DNA of 64,000 bases from a virus. Taxonomy: Duplodnaviria > Caudoviricetes. Below, piece after piece: positions 1 through 9,474 of the stretch (within the stretch, counting starts at the first letter, position 1; the number at the start of each line of letters is the position of its first letter). The position numbers and the translations under genes are program-made. The notes under the pieces were generated by a model. The model was not told the DNA's origin, ran no database searches, and saw only the letters and a program-made list of their open reading frames with translations. The stretch lies in the IMG/VR virus record IMGVR_UViG_2756170199_000003, positions 32,001-96,000 of that record; one strand, 5' to 3'.

Positions 1-361
1 CCTGCGCGGAGGATCCAATGCTCGCCTGCACAGAAGGAGAAAGTGCAGAAAAGGCACTGTTGATCGTGCCCCCGCCCGTCACGGCCTGGACGAGTGTGTT
101 CGAGGCGGTGAGCAGGCGGGCGATGGTGTTCTGCGGGTTCATGAGGAGCTGCCCGTTGGCAACCCCTTGCACGAGTGGCAATACCTTCGCAGCCGCGGCG
201 CCCGCACGCAGCATGCCGATCAGGTTGACGTTGTACTTCGCGGCGAGGCTCTGAATCGAATTGACGATCCCGCCCGCCGTGCCGCTATAGACATCGACGG
301 TGGCGAGACTGTCTGCCGGGCCGGTGAGAAAGCCCGGAGCGGCAAGTGTCCCGGATGACAT
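1..361 (-). CDS. Partial ORF running off the window start; putative virion structural protein (MSSGTLAAPGFLTGPADSLATVDVY...)
   Basis: Translated by hand because it is absent from the ORF track. ATG at 361 is preceded by AAGGAG and there is no stop down to position 1. The F-TGP-D-LA-VDVY start resembles phiKZ-like virion proteins (from memory). Confidence 0.6.
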   Translation of the reverse strand, partial: MSSGTLAAPGFLTGPADSLATVDVYSGTAGGIVNSIQSLAAKYNVNLIGMLRAGAAAAKVLPLVQGVANGQLLMNPQNTIARLLTASNTLVQAVTGGGTINSAFSALSPSVQASIGSSAQ

Positions 362-364
362 GCC

Positions 365-928
365 CTACTCCTTGCAGTGTTCGTGAACACGCGCCGGCAG
401 AAAAGCGACGACCGGCGCCGGCGACCAGGTCCGGCCTTCCTTGAGGCAGCAGCGGATTTCCTCCATACCTGCGCACAGCCATCGCGAGATGCGCCCGTGG
501 ATCTGGATCTGCTCCGGCCCGTACAGATAGTAGTACGTGAACGGGAGCGTCGAGCTCATCATCGCCTCGCGGATATCGCTGTTCTGGACGATGCGGTGAT
601 AGTTGGCCTCGTTGATGATCTGGCTGAAGTTCTCCCGCCAGATCATCTTCTTTCCTTTCGCGTACGATCTTGCGCCGTTGCCGCAGAGCGTGCGAAGCGC
701 GTCATCGGGCGTCTCGCATTTGATGTAATGCCAGAAGCCTTCCATCGACCGGAAAGGGCCGTAGACCGGATGCACGAATGGCGTGACGCTGTAATGCGCC
801 AGCTTTCTGCCGAGTTCAGTCTGAGCCGCCGTCGAGATGTTGATGTGGGTGATGCCGTCCTCGCTGGGGCTCATCCCGGTTTCGCTGGCGTTCACAGCCG
901 CGAAAAGGTCCTGAATTGTCATAGTCAT
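365..928 (-). CDS. Conserved jumbo-phage protein, NADAR/YbiA-like fold suspected
   Basis: The motif HINISTAAQTELGRKL...PF-HPVYGPFRSMEGFWHYIK is typical of a large-phage family. The ATG at 928 overlaps the upstream stop (ATGA). Confidence 0.6.
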   Translation of the reverse strand: MTMTIQDLFAAVNASETGMSPSEDGITHINISTAAQTELGRKLAHYSVTPFVHPVYGPFRSMEGFWHYIKCETPDDALRTLCGNGARSYAKGKKMIWRENFSQIINEANYHRIVQNSDIREAMMSSTLPFTYYYLYGPEQIQIHGRISRWLCAGMEEIRCCLKEGRTWSPAPVVAFLPARVHEHCKE

Positions 929-1689
929 GATGCACCCTTCAGATTCTCTGGAGTCTCTGCGCATGGTCGCCGCGAGCGCGCCGTACCACCCGAAGGCATC
1001 TTGCCGTCCCGTTCATCGCGCACGTCCTCAGCGCTCTCCCGTGTCTGCTCCGCCGGTTCCGGAGCGCGCCCGAATTCGACCGTCGTGCCGTGTATCGAGG
1101 TGCGGCCGCTGAAATAGCGGCACTTCACCGAGAACTCCGCTTTATTGACCTGCAGAAACTGCAGGCCCTTCAGAAATACCTTGAAGGTCATCCCCTTGCC
1201 CCGGCGGGCAACGTAGCCACCAAGGAGTTCATTGAACCGCTCGAGCCCGACATCAAGATCGACCAGAATCTGGCGGTAGAAGTCGGCGAGAATATCGTTG
1301 GGATCCGCTACATCAGCGCGTGACAGATCGATCCTTGTCTTGTGGAGCGAAGTAGCGCCGGTGTCGTAATAACACTTGACGTAGAAGTCGATCTCCACGA
1401 CCTTCAGAAAGCGCATCCCCTTGAGATAGACGCTGAAGGTCATGCCGGGACGTTTGAGCTCCTTGGTGAGGTTGCCGCGCGCGACCGTGAGGTCCTTTGT
1501 ATTCTGGGCAATGCCATTTGCGGGATCCCTCACGTAATCACTCAGAAAATCGCTGAACCGTCCCGGGCCAACATCGAGTTCGATGAGCTGCTTGCGATAG
1601 AGGTTGGCGAGCACGCCGTTCGGTCCGGCAGTGCGCCGGACTGCGTTGTCGCCAGATCTGGGGATATGACCGAACTGTTGAATAGCCAT
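925..1689 (-). CDS. Hypothetical phage protein with an internal two-domain duplication
   Basis: Start chosen at MAIQQFG (AGGAC upstream). Two similar halves: LY/FYR..L..LDVG..RF...MTF.V.LKG..FL.V. Confidence 0.65.
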   Translation of the reverse strand: MAIQQFGHIPRSGDNAVRRTAGPNGVLANLYRKQLIELDVGPGRFSDFLSDYVRDPANGIAQNTKDLTVARGNLTKELKRPGMTFSVYLKGMRFLKVVEIDFYVKCYYDTGATSLHKTRIDLSRADVADPNDILADFYRQILVDLDVGLERFNELLGGYVARRGKGMTFKVFLKGLQFLQVNKAEFSVKCRYFSGRTSIHGTTVEFGRAPEPAEQTRESAEDVRDERDGKMPSGGTARSRRPCAETPENLKGAS

Positions 1690-1793
1690 GTCCTGTCCTT
1701 GTAAAGTGCCTGTGGGATTGCCTGTGAAGCTGCGTGTTAAAAAGCCTGTGTACAAAGCGTGCTATGGTCAGTCATTGATCGACAGGGCCACGC

Positions 1794-2336
1794 TTACCGC
1801 CCGATCTGGTGACTCATGTCGATCAGCACGATCATGAGTCGCCTCAGGTTGACGAATATCCGCGTAAGCATGCGCAAGTTGTATTGATGGACGCCGGTTT
1901 CCGCGCCATCGCTTTCACGCATGAGGGTGCATAACATCAGCACCTCGCTTCTGAAGCGGGCGAGGTGCTCGGGCACATTGATGTAAAACCCTTCTTTCGA
2001 TTCGAAGAAGCGGTCGAGCGTCGTCGCGCTGCCCTCAAGCAGTGCCCATTGCGTTGAGAGCGGTACCCCGCTTGCGAGCCTTGAATTGATGGTCCGCAGT
2101 TCAGTGCAGTACTGCACGATCGTTCCGTAGAAGGGCTGGATGCCAAAACCAAACGAATCGGACAGACGGAAGTTCTGAAACCTGGCCGGCTCCAGACACT
2201 CGGTTAGCGCCTGAAGCGTTGCGCGCCCGGCTTGGTGCGCCGACAGCGCGCGCTCCTGCCTGATGAGTCTTGTCATGCGCCGTCCTGCGCGCTTGTCGCG
2301 ACACCAGTGCCTGAGTTGAATTCGCCACGACTGCAT
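1794..2336 (-). CDS. Hypothetical protein
   Basis: Co-oriented ORF within the minus-strand run; start uncertain (2336 or 2276). Confidence 0.5.
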   Translation of the reverse strand: MQSWRIQLRHWCRDKRAGRRMTRLIRQERALSAHQAGRATLQALTECLEPARFQNFRLSDSFGFGIQPFYGTIVQYCTELRTINSRLASGVPLSTQWALLEGSATTLDRFFESKEGFYINVPEHLARFRSEVLMLCTLMRESDGAETGVHQYNLRMLTRIFVNLRRLMIVLIDMSHQIGR

Positions 2337-2387
2337 GACAGACCTCGTGCGACGGCATGACGGCGCGCAACCGTCCATTAGTATGAT

Positions 2388-2936
2388 ATGTCGCTCAAAC
2401 CGGATTCACAGGGGATGGAAATGTCCAGCACCATTTCACCGTCAAAACGCGATGACGCTTCTCGGCACAAGGCACGCGAGGCCCCAGTGGTTGAAGTGCC
2501 CGATGACGATGACGGGGTACTTGACTACACATTGCGGCAGCGCCAGACCATCATCGTCACAATGGCCGGCGCGAAGGGAGAAAATCTGACCGACCTCTCT
2601 GCGCGCGAGCTCGACGTGATGCTGGCCGCACTCGATGGCATGGATCGCGTGGCGCTTGGCAGGAAACGGCTCAGATCGGAAAACATGGCGCTCGCGCGGC
2701 AGGCAGAAGCGGCCGCCATCATCGCGAGAGTGCTTGGCGCACCGGGAATCGCACAGGCTGGCCAGCAGGTATTGCTGCGGACGGGCACTTCCGGCAACCC
2801 CGCGCCGTTTGTCCCGGCCACTGCGATGCTTCCGGCGCATGTGCCGGAACCTGTGCTCGTGCCCGGCGAGGCCGACGTGGAAGCCGCGCAGATGAATGTC
2901 GATACGTTCATGGCGGGTTTCCGGTCTTTGGCATAA
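2388..2936 (+). CDS. Hypothetical phage protein
   Basis: 182-aa ORF divergent from its left neighbour and followed by a hairpin; start may be slightly downstream. Confidence 0.55.
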   Translation: MSLKPDSQGMEMSSTISPSKRDDASRHKAREAPVVEVPDDDDGVLDYTLRQRQTIIVTMAGAKGENLTDLSARELDVMLAALDGMDRVALGRKRLRSENMALARQAEAAAIIARVLGAPGIAQAGQQVLLRTGTSGNPAPFVPATAMLPAHVPEPVLVPGEADVEAAQMNVDTFMAGFRSLA

Positions 2937-2945
2937 CAGGGCGAC

Positions 2946-2980
2946 ACGCCTGCACCGGACAGAGTGGCCGGTGCAGGCGT
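2946..2980. terminator. Hairpin between convergent genes (likely bidirectional terminator)
   Basis: 13-bp inverted repeat ACGCCTGCACCGG / CCGGTGCAGGCGT. Confidence 0.6.
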
Positions 2981-3718
2981 TTATGCCGCCGACGGAGCTA
3001 ACGTTGCGCCAGCAGGATCAGCGATACTGAAGTACTTCACGTCAATCAGCTCGAGCCCAACGAAACCCGACGTCAGCATCGTCATCGCGGCGAACGGGTG
3101 TGCGCCGTCGCGTATGAGCTCCTGCAACGTATTCGCGTCAGGTCTTCCATTGAAGTAGATGGCGGGCGCGATCACGTTGATATCCGCAAGAGAGGTCCTG
3201 CGAAAAGCCTCGGCATGCATGTCGAGCCACGCTTCATACTCATACATGAAGAGCAGGTCAAAATTGGACTTCACGAATAGCGGTGTGAGCTGCGTGGGTG
3301 CGTGACACACCATCTCCACAGGCGCAAGCCCCCCGCTCCAGCATGTGACGGCATCCTGCAACGCCACGAGCGTCGACGCATCGAGCCTGTAAGGCCAGGT
3401 GTTCACGAGAATGCACACGCCATCCAGATACGGGCGCATGCTAACGACCTGCGTCAGCGAGCGCATGAAATCGGCCAGCAGCATGGTCAGGGTCGTGATC
3501 GTCGAGCGTTTGAGCGTCTCGATGTCCCGTGCGCGGTAAAGCCTGCGAAAGACCTCCGTATCCACGCCATCGAAAACATCTTCCTCACGCTGGTGATAGT
3601 TTCCTGCCAGCGCCCGCGCGGCCAGAGCATCATCGATGCGCGCGATTGTCCCAAGACGCGTATCGAGCAGGCAGTCCAGCGCAATGAGGGCGCGGGCGAC
3701 ATTGGTTCGATCTGTCAT
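2981..3718 (-). CDS. Conserved phiKZ-like hypothetical protein, HAD-like N-terminus
   Basis: ALIALDCLLDTRLGTI motif and NTWPY; start chosen at MTDRTN. Confidence 0.6.
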   Translation of the reverse strand: MTDRTNVARALIALDCLLDTRLGTIARIDDALAARALAGNYHQREEDVFDGVDTEVFRRLYRARDIETLKRSTITTLTMLLADFMRSLTQVVSMRPYLDGVCILVNTWPYRLDASTLVALQDAVTCWSGGLAPVEMVCHAPTQLTPLFVKSNFDLLFMYEYEAWLDMHAEAFRRTSLADINVIAPAIYFNGRPDANTLQELIRDGAHPFAAMTMLTSGFVGLELIDVKYFSIADPAGATLAPSAA

Positions 3719-3737
3719 GGCGAAAAAAATGGGAACG

Positions 3738-4364
3738 CTATGGGCCCGCCTGGCTGATGGTGCCACCGGTGCCGGTACCGGCAGATCCAACGCTACCACC
3801 ATCGCCACGCGCGGCTCTGGAGCCACGCCTGTTGCGAGGTGGCATTACGAACAGATGGATGAGCAGCAGCACGCTCAACCATTTGTTCTGCAGCAGTAGA
3901 TCCCCGGCGAGTTCCGGGTCCGGAAGCGATTCGTGAATTTCCTCGGGAGTGGCAACGAGACTCTGGCGCTGGGTTGCATGTGGTTGAGGTGCCGGTCGCG
4001 ATGAATGGAGAAAGCCCGAACTCTGGAAGAGATGGGGCGTATCAGCCGCTACCGCAAATGCAAGCGACTCGGCGAGATTCGCGTAGCGCTCGGGCGATGC
4101 CCCCCAGCGCGAGAAAAAGACAAAGACGATCATGAGGATGAAGTCGCACACATCCGGGTCCACAAAGACCAGATCGACCGCATGGTCGAGTCCTCTCGCA
4201 CTTGCGAGCAGATAGGGCTTCTCCGCGAGGATGAGTGACATCAGAAAATCCGTAAGCCTGTCGCGCATCTCCTCGTTGGGCCCCGTGATGTTGTTCAGGG
4301 CGAACTCCACACTCTCGGTAAAGATCATGGCAGTGTCGCGCCACTCGTCGGTCGTGAGAGACAT
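3738..4364 (-). CDS. Hypothetical protein
   Basis: ORF downstream of the vRNAP subunit; start MSLTTDEW with AAGGAAAA upstream. Confidence 0.55.
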   Translation of the reverse strand: MSLTTDEWRDTAMIFTESVEFALNNITGPNEEMRDRLTDFLMSLILAEKPYLLASARGLDHAVDLVFVDPDVCDFILMIVFVFFSRWGASPERYANLAESLAFAVAADTPHLFQSSGFLHSSRPAPQPHATQRQSLVATPEEIHESLPDPELAGDLLLQNKWLSVLLLIHLFVMPPRNRRGSRAARGDGGSVGSAGTGTGGTISQAGP

Positions 4365-4377
4365 GGTCAGTTTTCCT

Positions 4378-5061
4378 TTACAGCCCCTCCGCATCCAGAT
4401 GCATCGACAACAGCATGACGCGCAGCGCCTGGGTCGACTTCACGCCTCCACGAAAGGGTTCGATCGCTTTTTGCGAAGCGCCGCCCGTGCGGGCGAAACT
4501 CTCGTTCATGGCGTTGAAGCCCTGCGTGTCACCGCCGCGAAGGGTAATCAGTTCATGCAGACACTTGTCCAGATGGAAGGCCGCGAGCACCTGGGTCTCA
4601 GGAAAAGAAAGTTTGCTCGCTTCAGATTTGCCCGAAGGCTGGCCGGTCAGATCGTCGACACTCCGGTTGTCTTCCGGAATCGAGATCTTCTTCACCAGCA
4701 ACTGCGCCTGGCGGCACAGCGTCAGATCGCATATCAGGTAACGTACTGGCGAAAGATACGGGGGCGTGTCGTTATCGTTGTCGATCCAGATGCGCTCGAA
4801 AAAATTATGTCCAAGCTCATCGGCGATCGCCAGGTTGTTGGCGATCGTCACTTTCTCCTTTGAAAGATTGGGGGCAACGATGGCAAGCCGGATCTCGTGT
4901 CGCTCCAGCCTGCCCATGAACGCGTGAAATGCTGCATCATCCATGCCGGCAAACAGGTCCCGGTAGATCTTCGTGTTGCTGTCGGACCCCGGAATGAGCC
5001 TGCCGATATACTCAAGAAGGAACTTCTCTGTCTCCTTTCTTTTTCCGGTTGGCCTGTCCAT
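4378..5061 (-). CDS. Virion RNA polymerase beta subunit, C-terminal part (phiKZ gp149-like)
   Basis: RQAQLLVKKISIPEDNRSVDDLTGQPSGKSEASKLSFPETQVL...LHELITLRGGD parallels the RpoB C-terminus (K...LVTQQP.GK....GEME...L.E.LT.KSDD). Confidence 0.8.
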   Translation of the reverse strand: MDRPTGKRKETEKFLLEYIGRLIPGSDSNTKIYRDLFAGMDDAAFHAFMGRLERHEIRLAIVAPNLSKEKVTIANNLAIADELGHNFFERIWIDNDNDTPPYLSPVRYLICDLTLCRQAQLLVKKISIPEDNRSVDDLTGQPSGKSEASKLSFPETQVLAAFHLDKCLHELITLRGGDTQGFNAMNESFARTGGASQKAIEPFRGGVKSTQALRVMLLSMHLDAEGL

Positions 5062-5542
5062 GTCGGTTCTCCGGATCGCGATTGATGAGAATGATGCTGG
5101 GCTCCATATCGCAGTTTCTTGCCTCCTCGATCATGTTGGCCGTGCCTGGCGAGACGCCGTCCCAGAAGCACACGGCACGGGTGCCTACGCGTGCCATCTC
5201 GCGGTTACGCTGATGGCCTGCGCGGGCGTTATAAAGCCGCCCCGTCACGGCGCTTCTCTTGATGTACGAATTGGGCGCGCCCAGATCCTCCCAGTCCGCG
5301 GGAAACTCTGTCCACGCCCGCCCGTGCTCGCGGCACCAGCGGATGATCATCTGGTCGGCGCCGCTCGGTGCCTTGCCGGAGATGAAGATCACGGACGCAC
5401 GACGACGCAGCGTCCGGGCAATCCAGCCCTCGAGCAGTTCCGTAAATCTGGGGTAGTCGTTGAACGTTCGCGTGCCCGCCACGATCACTGCTTCATCGAA
5501 GAACGGGATGGCAGCGTGGCTCAATGCGGTATGTCCGAGCAT
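5012..5542 (-). CDS. SLOG-superfamily (YspA/DUF2493-like) protein
   Basis: VIVAGTRTFNDY, ISGKAPSGAD, FPADW, AGHQRNREMA, FWDGVSPGTANMI; start uncertain. Confidence 0.8.
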   Translation of the reverse strand: MLGHTALSHAAIPFFDEAVIVAGTRTFNDYPRFTELLEGWIARTLRRRASVIFISGKAPSGADQMIIRWCREHGRAWTEFPADWEDLGAPNSYIKRSAVTGRLYNARAGHQRNREMARVGTRAVCFWDGVSPGTANMIEEARNCDMEPSIILINRDPENRHGQANRKKKGDREVPS

Positions 5543-5595
5543 GAGCGGCGCCGATGCCGGCGATTGGGTCACGTGTGGTCTCTGGGTCGCCAGAT

Positions 5596-5940
5596 TCAAA
5601 GCGCCCCGGGTAGCTGATGCTCCAGGATAAACGGCAGTACGCCGCTTTCGAACAGTTTTTTCCAATCCTCGGTGCTCCCTTCCTTGTCCACCAGACAGTA
5701 ACGCACGTCGATGGTGTTGATGCTTTCACGTTGATTGAGTTTCGCGAAAATAAGCCGCCATGCGCGGTTGATCGCGAAGCGCTGGTAGCTGGGGTCATCC
5801 AGTGTCTCGACGCCTGTCTGAAGAAACCGGGTCCACCCCGACGGATCCGGGTGGTGATTTTCGGCAAGCAGCCCGGTAACAAAAGCGACAAGCGATCCGG
5901 GCGTCGCCTGCTGGGCGGACCCGTCGGGAAAATCCGTCAT
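5596..5940 (-). CDS. Small hypothetical phage protein
   Basis: 114-aa ORF preceded by an AT-rich promoter-like sequence. Confidence 0.6.
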   Translation of the reverse strand: MTDFPDGSAQQATPGSLVAFVTGLLAENHHPDPSGWTRFLQTGVETLDDPSYQRFAINRAWRLIFAKLNQRESINTIDVRYCLVDKEGSTEDWKKLFESGVLPFILEHQLPGAL

Positions 5941-5960
5941 GGTGAAGGCCCCACAGATAA

Positions 5961-5969
5961 GTTATATAT
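5961..5969 (-). promoter_or_regulatory. Candidate early (vRNAP) promoter motif ATATATAAC
   Basis: One-mismatch variant of ATATATCAC seen at 37530 and 61948; about 20 nt upstream of the 5940 start. Confidence 0.35.
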
Positions 5970-6010
5970 ATTCCAGCGCGTTTGCGTTACATGCGCCCCG
6001 CCATCCGCGT

Positions 6011-7528
6011 TCAGGCGTTCACGGCGAGCGCCTGCATATCGCGTGCGTGATACTGATCGATGCATGTCTGGTAGTCAGACTTGATGGTCGTGTGGTCCGC
6101 TTCGAGCCAGTACGGCTCGTAATGCTTCGGATCGTCGACGGGCAACGTCATGCGAAGCAGATCCATGGTCGACAGATAGGGCAGCTCCCGCGCCTCGCCA
6201 CTTTCGTGCGTCCACCATCCCCGCGTGGCGAGCAGCGCATGCCAGTCGTAGCCCTGCGCCTTCACGTTCTCGTAAAGTGCTTTAGGAGTCAGGCGAAATT
6301 TCTCCGGCTGGGCGTGCCACAGATAACTCATCTGGCACATCTCGGAAGTGATGGTGAGCGCGCGCCGCAAAAGCGGGTCAGCGTCGATCTTCGCGCGCAC
6401 GGTGGTGCGCTGCAGCTTCGTCTCCGGATACAGCGCAAGTGCGTAGCTTGTATTGCTGCCTTCGAGCCCATATCGTTCGTTCTCGCGGATATGGTGAAAC
6501 TCTGTCAGCGAGGGCAGCACGCCGTCGGCCTGCGACACGATCAGCGTGACCGGCATGCCGGAAGGTCCAGCCTTGCCGCGCAGGTTGCGGATCTGTACAA
6601 CGTTCAGGTCTGTATCGTGAGCGAGATCATCGTTGCTGTCGCGCGGATACTCGGGCCCCTTGGTGCCCTGGTTGAAAAGCGGGGCCGCGTTGAACGCATG
6701 CCAGCAGTTGTGCGTGAGGAACGTGAACTTCGCGGGCACGCCCTTGATCTTGTCGCCATTCCTCAGGTACCGCAACGCCGCGGCGGCGGAATTCATACCT
6801 GGCGGGCCGCCCTGCAGGTCGATCACCTTGCCGATATGGGCGGTCATCAGAAGATAGTCGTACACCGAGGTATGGATGCGGGGCACTTCCATGAGAATGC
6901 GGTTCTTCACGCGTCCCTGCTGCATGTCAATGGTATTGCCCTTCGCTTCACCCAGTTCGATGTCGTCCTGCATGTCGATGATGTTGCTCGTCTCGAACTC
7001 GCTGAACGAATCGATTTCGGTGAACGTTGGGATCAGCATCTGGAACGCTCCCGAGCGCTCCCGGTTCCAGTATGGCGTGTTGACGATGATGTCGCGGCGC
7101 TTGCCCTTTGCCTCAAGCTCGTCCTTGTGAACGCGGTACCATTCGTCGCCCACGTAGACCGTCTTGTCGGTAATGATCCAGCGACGATTGCGCAGGATAT
7201 CCTCGTGGTGAAAATCCCCTATGTTGCCGGCGACCTTCGTCTGGTGCTCTTCGTGGATATTGGTTTCCGTATCGTAGGTCTTCGCTGTGGAGTGCATCAT
7301 GCGCGCCATGGCTGTGAGCATCATGAAGCGCTCGATGGTCGACTTGAAGTTGTTGCCGATACCCACGATCCCCGTGATAAACCCGAGTCCTCCGTTGAGG
7401 ATGGATTCGCCCCGACGCCCCTGGATATAGTGCCCGGTCGGAATGTCCAGACAGGCGCCAAGGTTGATCATCAGCTTGACGTTGGGTGCCGGAGTCATCC
7501 TGGAGCGAAGATCAATGTCTTGAGCCAT
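6011..7528 (-). CDS. uvsX: UvsX/RecA-like ATPase (phiKZ gp152-like)
   Basis: INLGACLDIPTG...ILNGGLGFITGIVGIGNNFKST Walker A region, YDTE, EIDSFS Walker B, and KAGPSG near the C-terminus. Confidence 0.85.
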   Translation of the reverse strand: MAQDIDLRSRMTPAPNVKLMINLGACLDIPTGHYIQGRRGESILNGGLGFITGIVGIGNNFKSTIERFMMLTAMARMMHSTAKTYDTETNIHEEHQTKVAGNIGDFHHEDILRNRRWIITDKTVYVGDEWYRVHKDELEAKGKRRDIIVNTPYWNRERSGAFQMLIPTFTEIDSFSEFETSNIIDMQDDIELGEAKGNTIDMQQGRVKNRILMEVPRIHTSVYDYLLMTAHIGKVIDLQGGPPGMNSAAAALRYLRNGDKIKGVPAKFTFLTHNCWHAFNAAPLFNQGTKGPEYPRDSNDDLAHDTDLNVVQIRNLRGKAGPSGMPVTLIVSQADGVLPSLTEFHHIRENERYGLEGSNTSYALALYPETKLQRTTVRAKIDADPLLRRALTITSEMCQMSYLWHAQPEKFRLTPKALYENVKAQGYDWHALLATRGWWTHESGEARELPYLSTMDLLRMTLPVDDPKHYEPYWLEADHTTIKSDYQTCIDQYHARDMQALAVNA

Positions 7529-7593
7529 TTCATCTCCCGCTGAAGGAAGAGAACTGTTCAGTAATACTTACAGACGATGACCCGGACCCGGTG

Positions 7594-7603
7594 AAATTTT
7601 ATG
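7594..7603 (+). promoter_or_regulatory. Candidate late promoter AAATTTTATG
   Basis: TATG core with an A/T-rich upstream run, ahead of a structural gene; the motif recurs in the window. Confidence 0.5.
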
Positions 7604-7667
7604 GCCGCCTGCCCGGCTGCTGACCCTGTCGCCCCTGTCCGGGTGACCTCACCGAGGGAAACCCGTC

Positions 7668-8501
7668 ATGACGACACTGCTCGAAAACCAGCACAAGGTG
7701 GTCGCGCTCGAAGCGTTTGCCGTTGGGAATATCACTGGCCTGCTGCATCGCGTCTTCCCCGCTATCCGCAAGGGCTTCGAGGATCTGGCCAGCCTCGTCT
7801 CCGCCGACGAGCGGCCAGTCGCTTTCAGCGCAGACCAGAAGAAGTTTCTTGAACTGCTCGCCGGCCACAACTACGTGACGGCTTCTCCGCTGCCGGCCCG
7901 GTTGCCGCAGGGACTGAATGTGCCGTATCTGGTTTATGCTGAAGCACTCTCGCAGGCTGTCGTACACGCAGCGCAGATCCTCGACGAGCTTTCGCGCTAT
8001 ACGCTCTTTCTCGGCAGGCTCGTGACGAACCATGATTTCCAGTACAGCGCTGACTACAATCCGGTCTACTACGGGCAGCTGCAACGCCAGCGAGACGACG
8101 CCAACGAGAAACTCGGCAAGTGCTTCCAGATGGGTTCGACGAAGACGGATCGTACCTATGCGGATGTCGTTTCGCGCAACGCGGACTGGAAGGCGGTGTT
8201 CGAGGTCACCAACCGGCTGGCCGCCGATATCAACGGGGTCGACCGCACCGTGATTGCGAAGAAGATTGCAGAGTCTGTGCACCTGCTTGACGTCATCGAG
8301 AAGAAGATCGCGCGCCAGGAGCTCGAGGGCGTCTCACCGGAGATTGTCGCGGAGCTCTCGGAGGGCGCGTACCAGATGGCCTCGCAACTCGAGATGTACA
8401 GCACCGTCTGGTACAAGGTGCAGAACTTCGTGACAGCCGTGAATTACAGCACCGAAGTCGTGATCCGGGCATTCAGTGGCGCGGAGCAGGCGAGCCGGTA
8501 G
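7668..8501 (+). CDS. Putative virion/head protein (phiKZ gp153 position) with N-terminal ALE protease motif
   Basis: Divergent from uvsX as in phiKZ-like genomes; VVALEAF near the N-terminus. Confidence 0.6.
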   Translation: MTTLLENQHKVVALEAFAVGNITGLLHRVFPAIRKGFEDLASLVSADERPVAFSADQKKFLELLAGHNYVTASPLPARLPQGLNVPYLVYAEALSQAVVHAAQILDELSRYTLFLGRLVTNHDFQYSADYNPVYYGQLQRQRDDANEKLGKCFQMGSTKTDRTYADVVSRNADWKAVFEVTNRLAADINGVDRTVIAKKIAESVHLLDVIEKKIARQELEGVSPEIVAELSEGAYQMASQLEMYSTVWYKVQNFVTAVNYSTEVVIRAFSGAEQASR

Positions 8502-8694
8502 CGAACCAACGGATGAATTTTTGTTAAAGAACGTCATGACCCGGTATCGCAAAATTGATGCCTGTTATCCTCGCGGGTTTCCTGTTCTTGACGTGCTGAC
8601 TTCTCTTGCCTTGGGATCTGCTGGACTGGCTAACGCTCCGGTTGCGCTGCGAGATGACCAGCCGTGATTTCCGGCCCTGGAGGCCACGGCATCC

Positions 8695-9378
8695 ATGCGG
8701 CTCATTTCTCCTGGTAGTACGGCAAGACTTGCCTCGAAAGCCGGCGTAGTTATCCTCGTCGCCGCAGCCACTACGGCCTCGCCCGCCTGGGCTCATCACC
8801 GCCCGCACAGTGCGCATCGTGAACCAGCGCGCAAGCGCGTTGCGCTGCACGCACGTCCGCAGCCCAAGCCGCGCTTTGTGCACGCCCCCGGAGAGGAGCC
8901 AACGCCTCTCGTTGTACAGGACACCGGTTCAACTGTAGAGACCGCCACTGAGCCGCAGTCTGAACTGGCTGGCGAGTCCACCGCAGCGCTCGAGCGGGTG
9001 CAGGAGAAAGCCATGAGCCTCGTCGGCGTACGGTATCGCCTGGGCGGCAGCTCTCCATCGAGCGGCTTCGATTGCAGTGGATTTGTGCAATACGTGATGC
9101 GCCATGCGGCCGGGCTGCGGCTTGGCCGTACAGCCGAGAGTCAGGCGACAGAAGGACAGCAGGTCGAGCGTAGTGATCTGAAACTTGGCGATCTTGTTTT
9201 CTTTCATACCTACGGACGGCGAATCTCCCATGTGGGCCTGTATCTCGGTCACGGCGAGTTCGTGCACGCGCCGTCTTCCGGCGGCCATGTGCGCGTGGAA
9301 AAGCTGGACGATCCGTACTGGCAGGTTCACTACGTCAAGGCAGAGCGTCTGAGCGATGCCCAAGTGACACAGGACTAG
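8695..9378 (+). CDS. NlpC/P60 (C40) cell-wall peptidase with signal peptide
   Basis: YRLGGSSPSSGFDCSGFVQYV, GDLVFF, SHVGLY, FVHAPS; hydrophobic N-terminus ending AWA. Confidence 0.92.
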   Translation: MRLISPGSTARLASKAGVVILVAAATTASPAWAHHRPHSAHREPARKRVALHARPQPKPRFVHAPGEEPTPLVVQDTGSTVETATEPQSELAGESTAALERVQEKAMSLVGVRYRLGGSSPSSGFDCSGFVQYVMRHAAGLRLGRTAESQATEGQQVERSDLKLGDLVFFHTYGRRISHVGLYLGHGEFVHAPSSGGHVRVEKLDDPYWQVHYVKAERLSDAQVTQD

Positions 9379-9474
9379 CTGTAAAGAATTGACCCAGTAT
9401 CTGGCAGAAGACTCACGAGGTACCGACGCCTTCCTCTTCCTCACTCAACCATAACGTCACACGAAGGTGCTCTA

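Noticed and set aside
5939-7543. Long antisense ORFs (e.g. 5939-7543+, 22601-23911+, 27753-29096-, 32396-33688-, 50281-51636-)
   Set aside because: These are shadow ORFs opposite well-supported genes, which is common in GC-rich DNA; no motifs were recognised in them.
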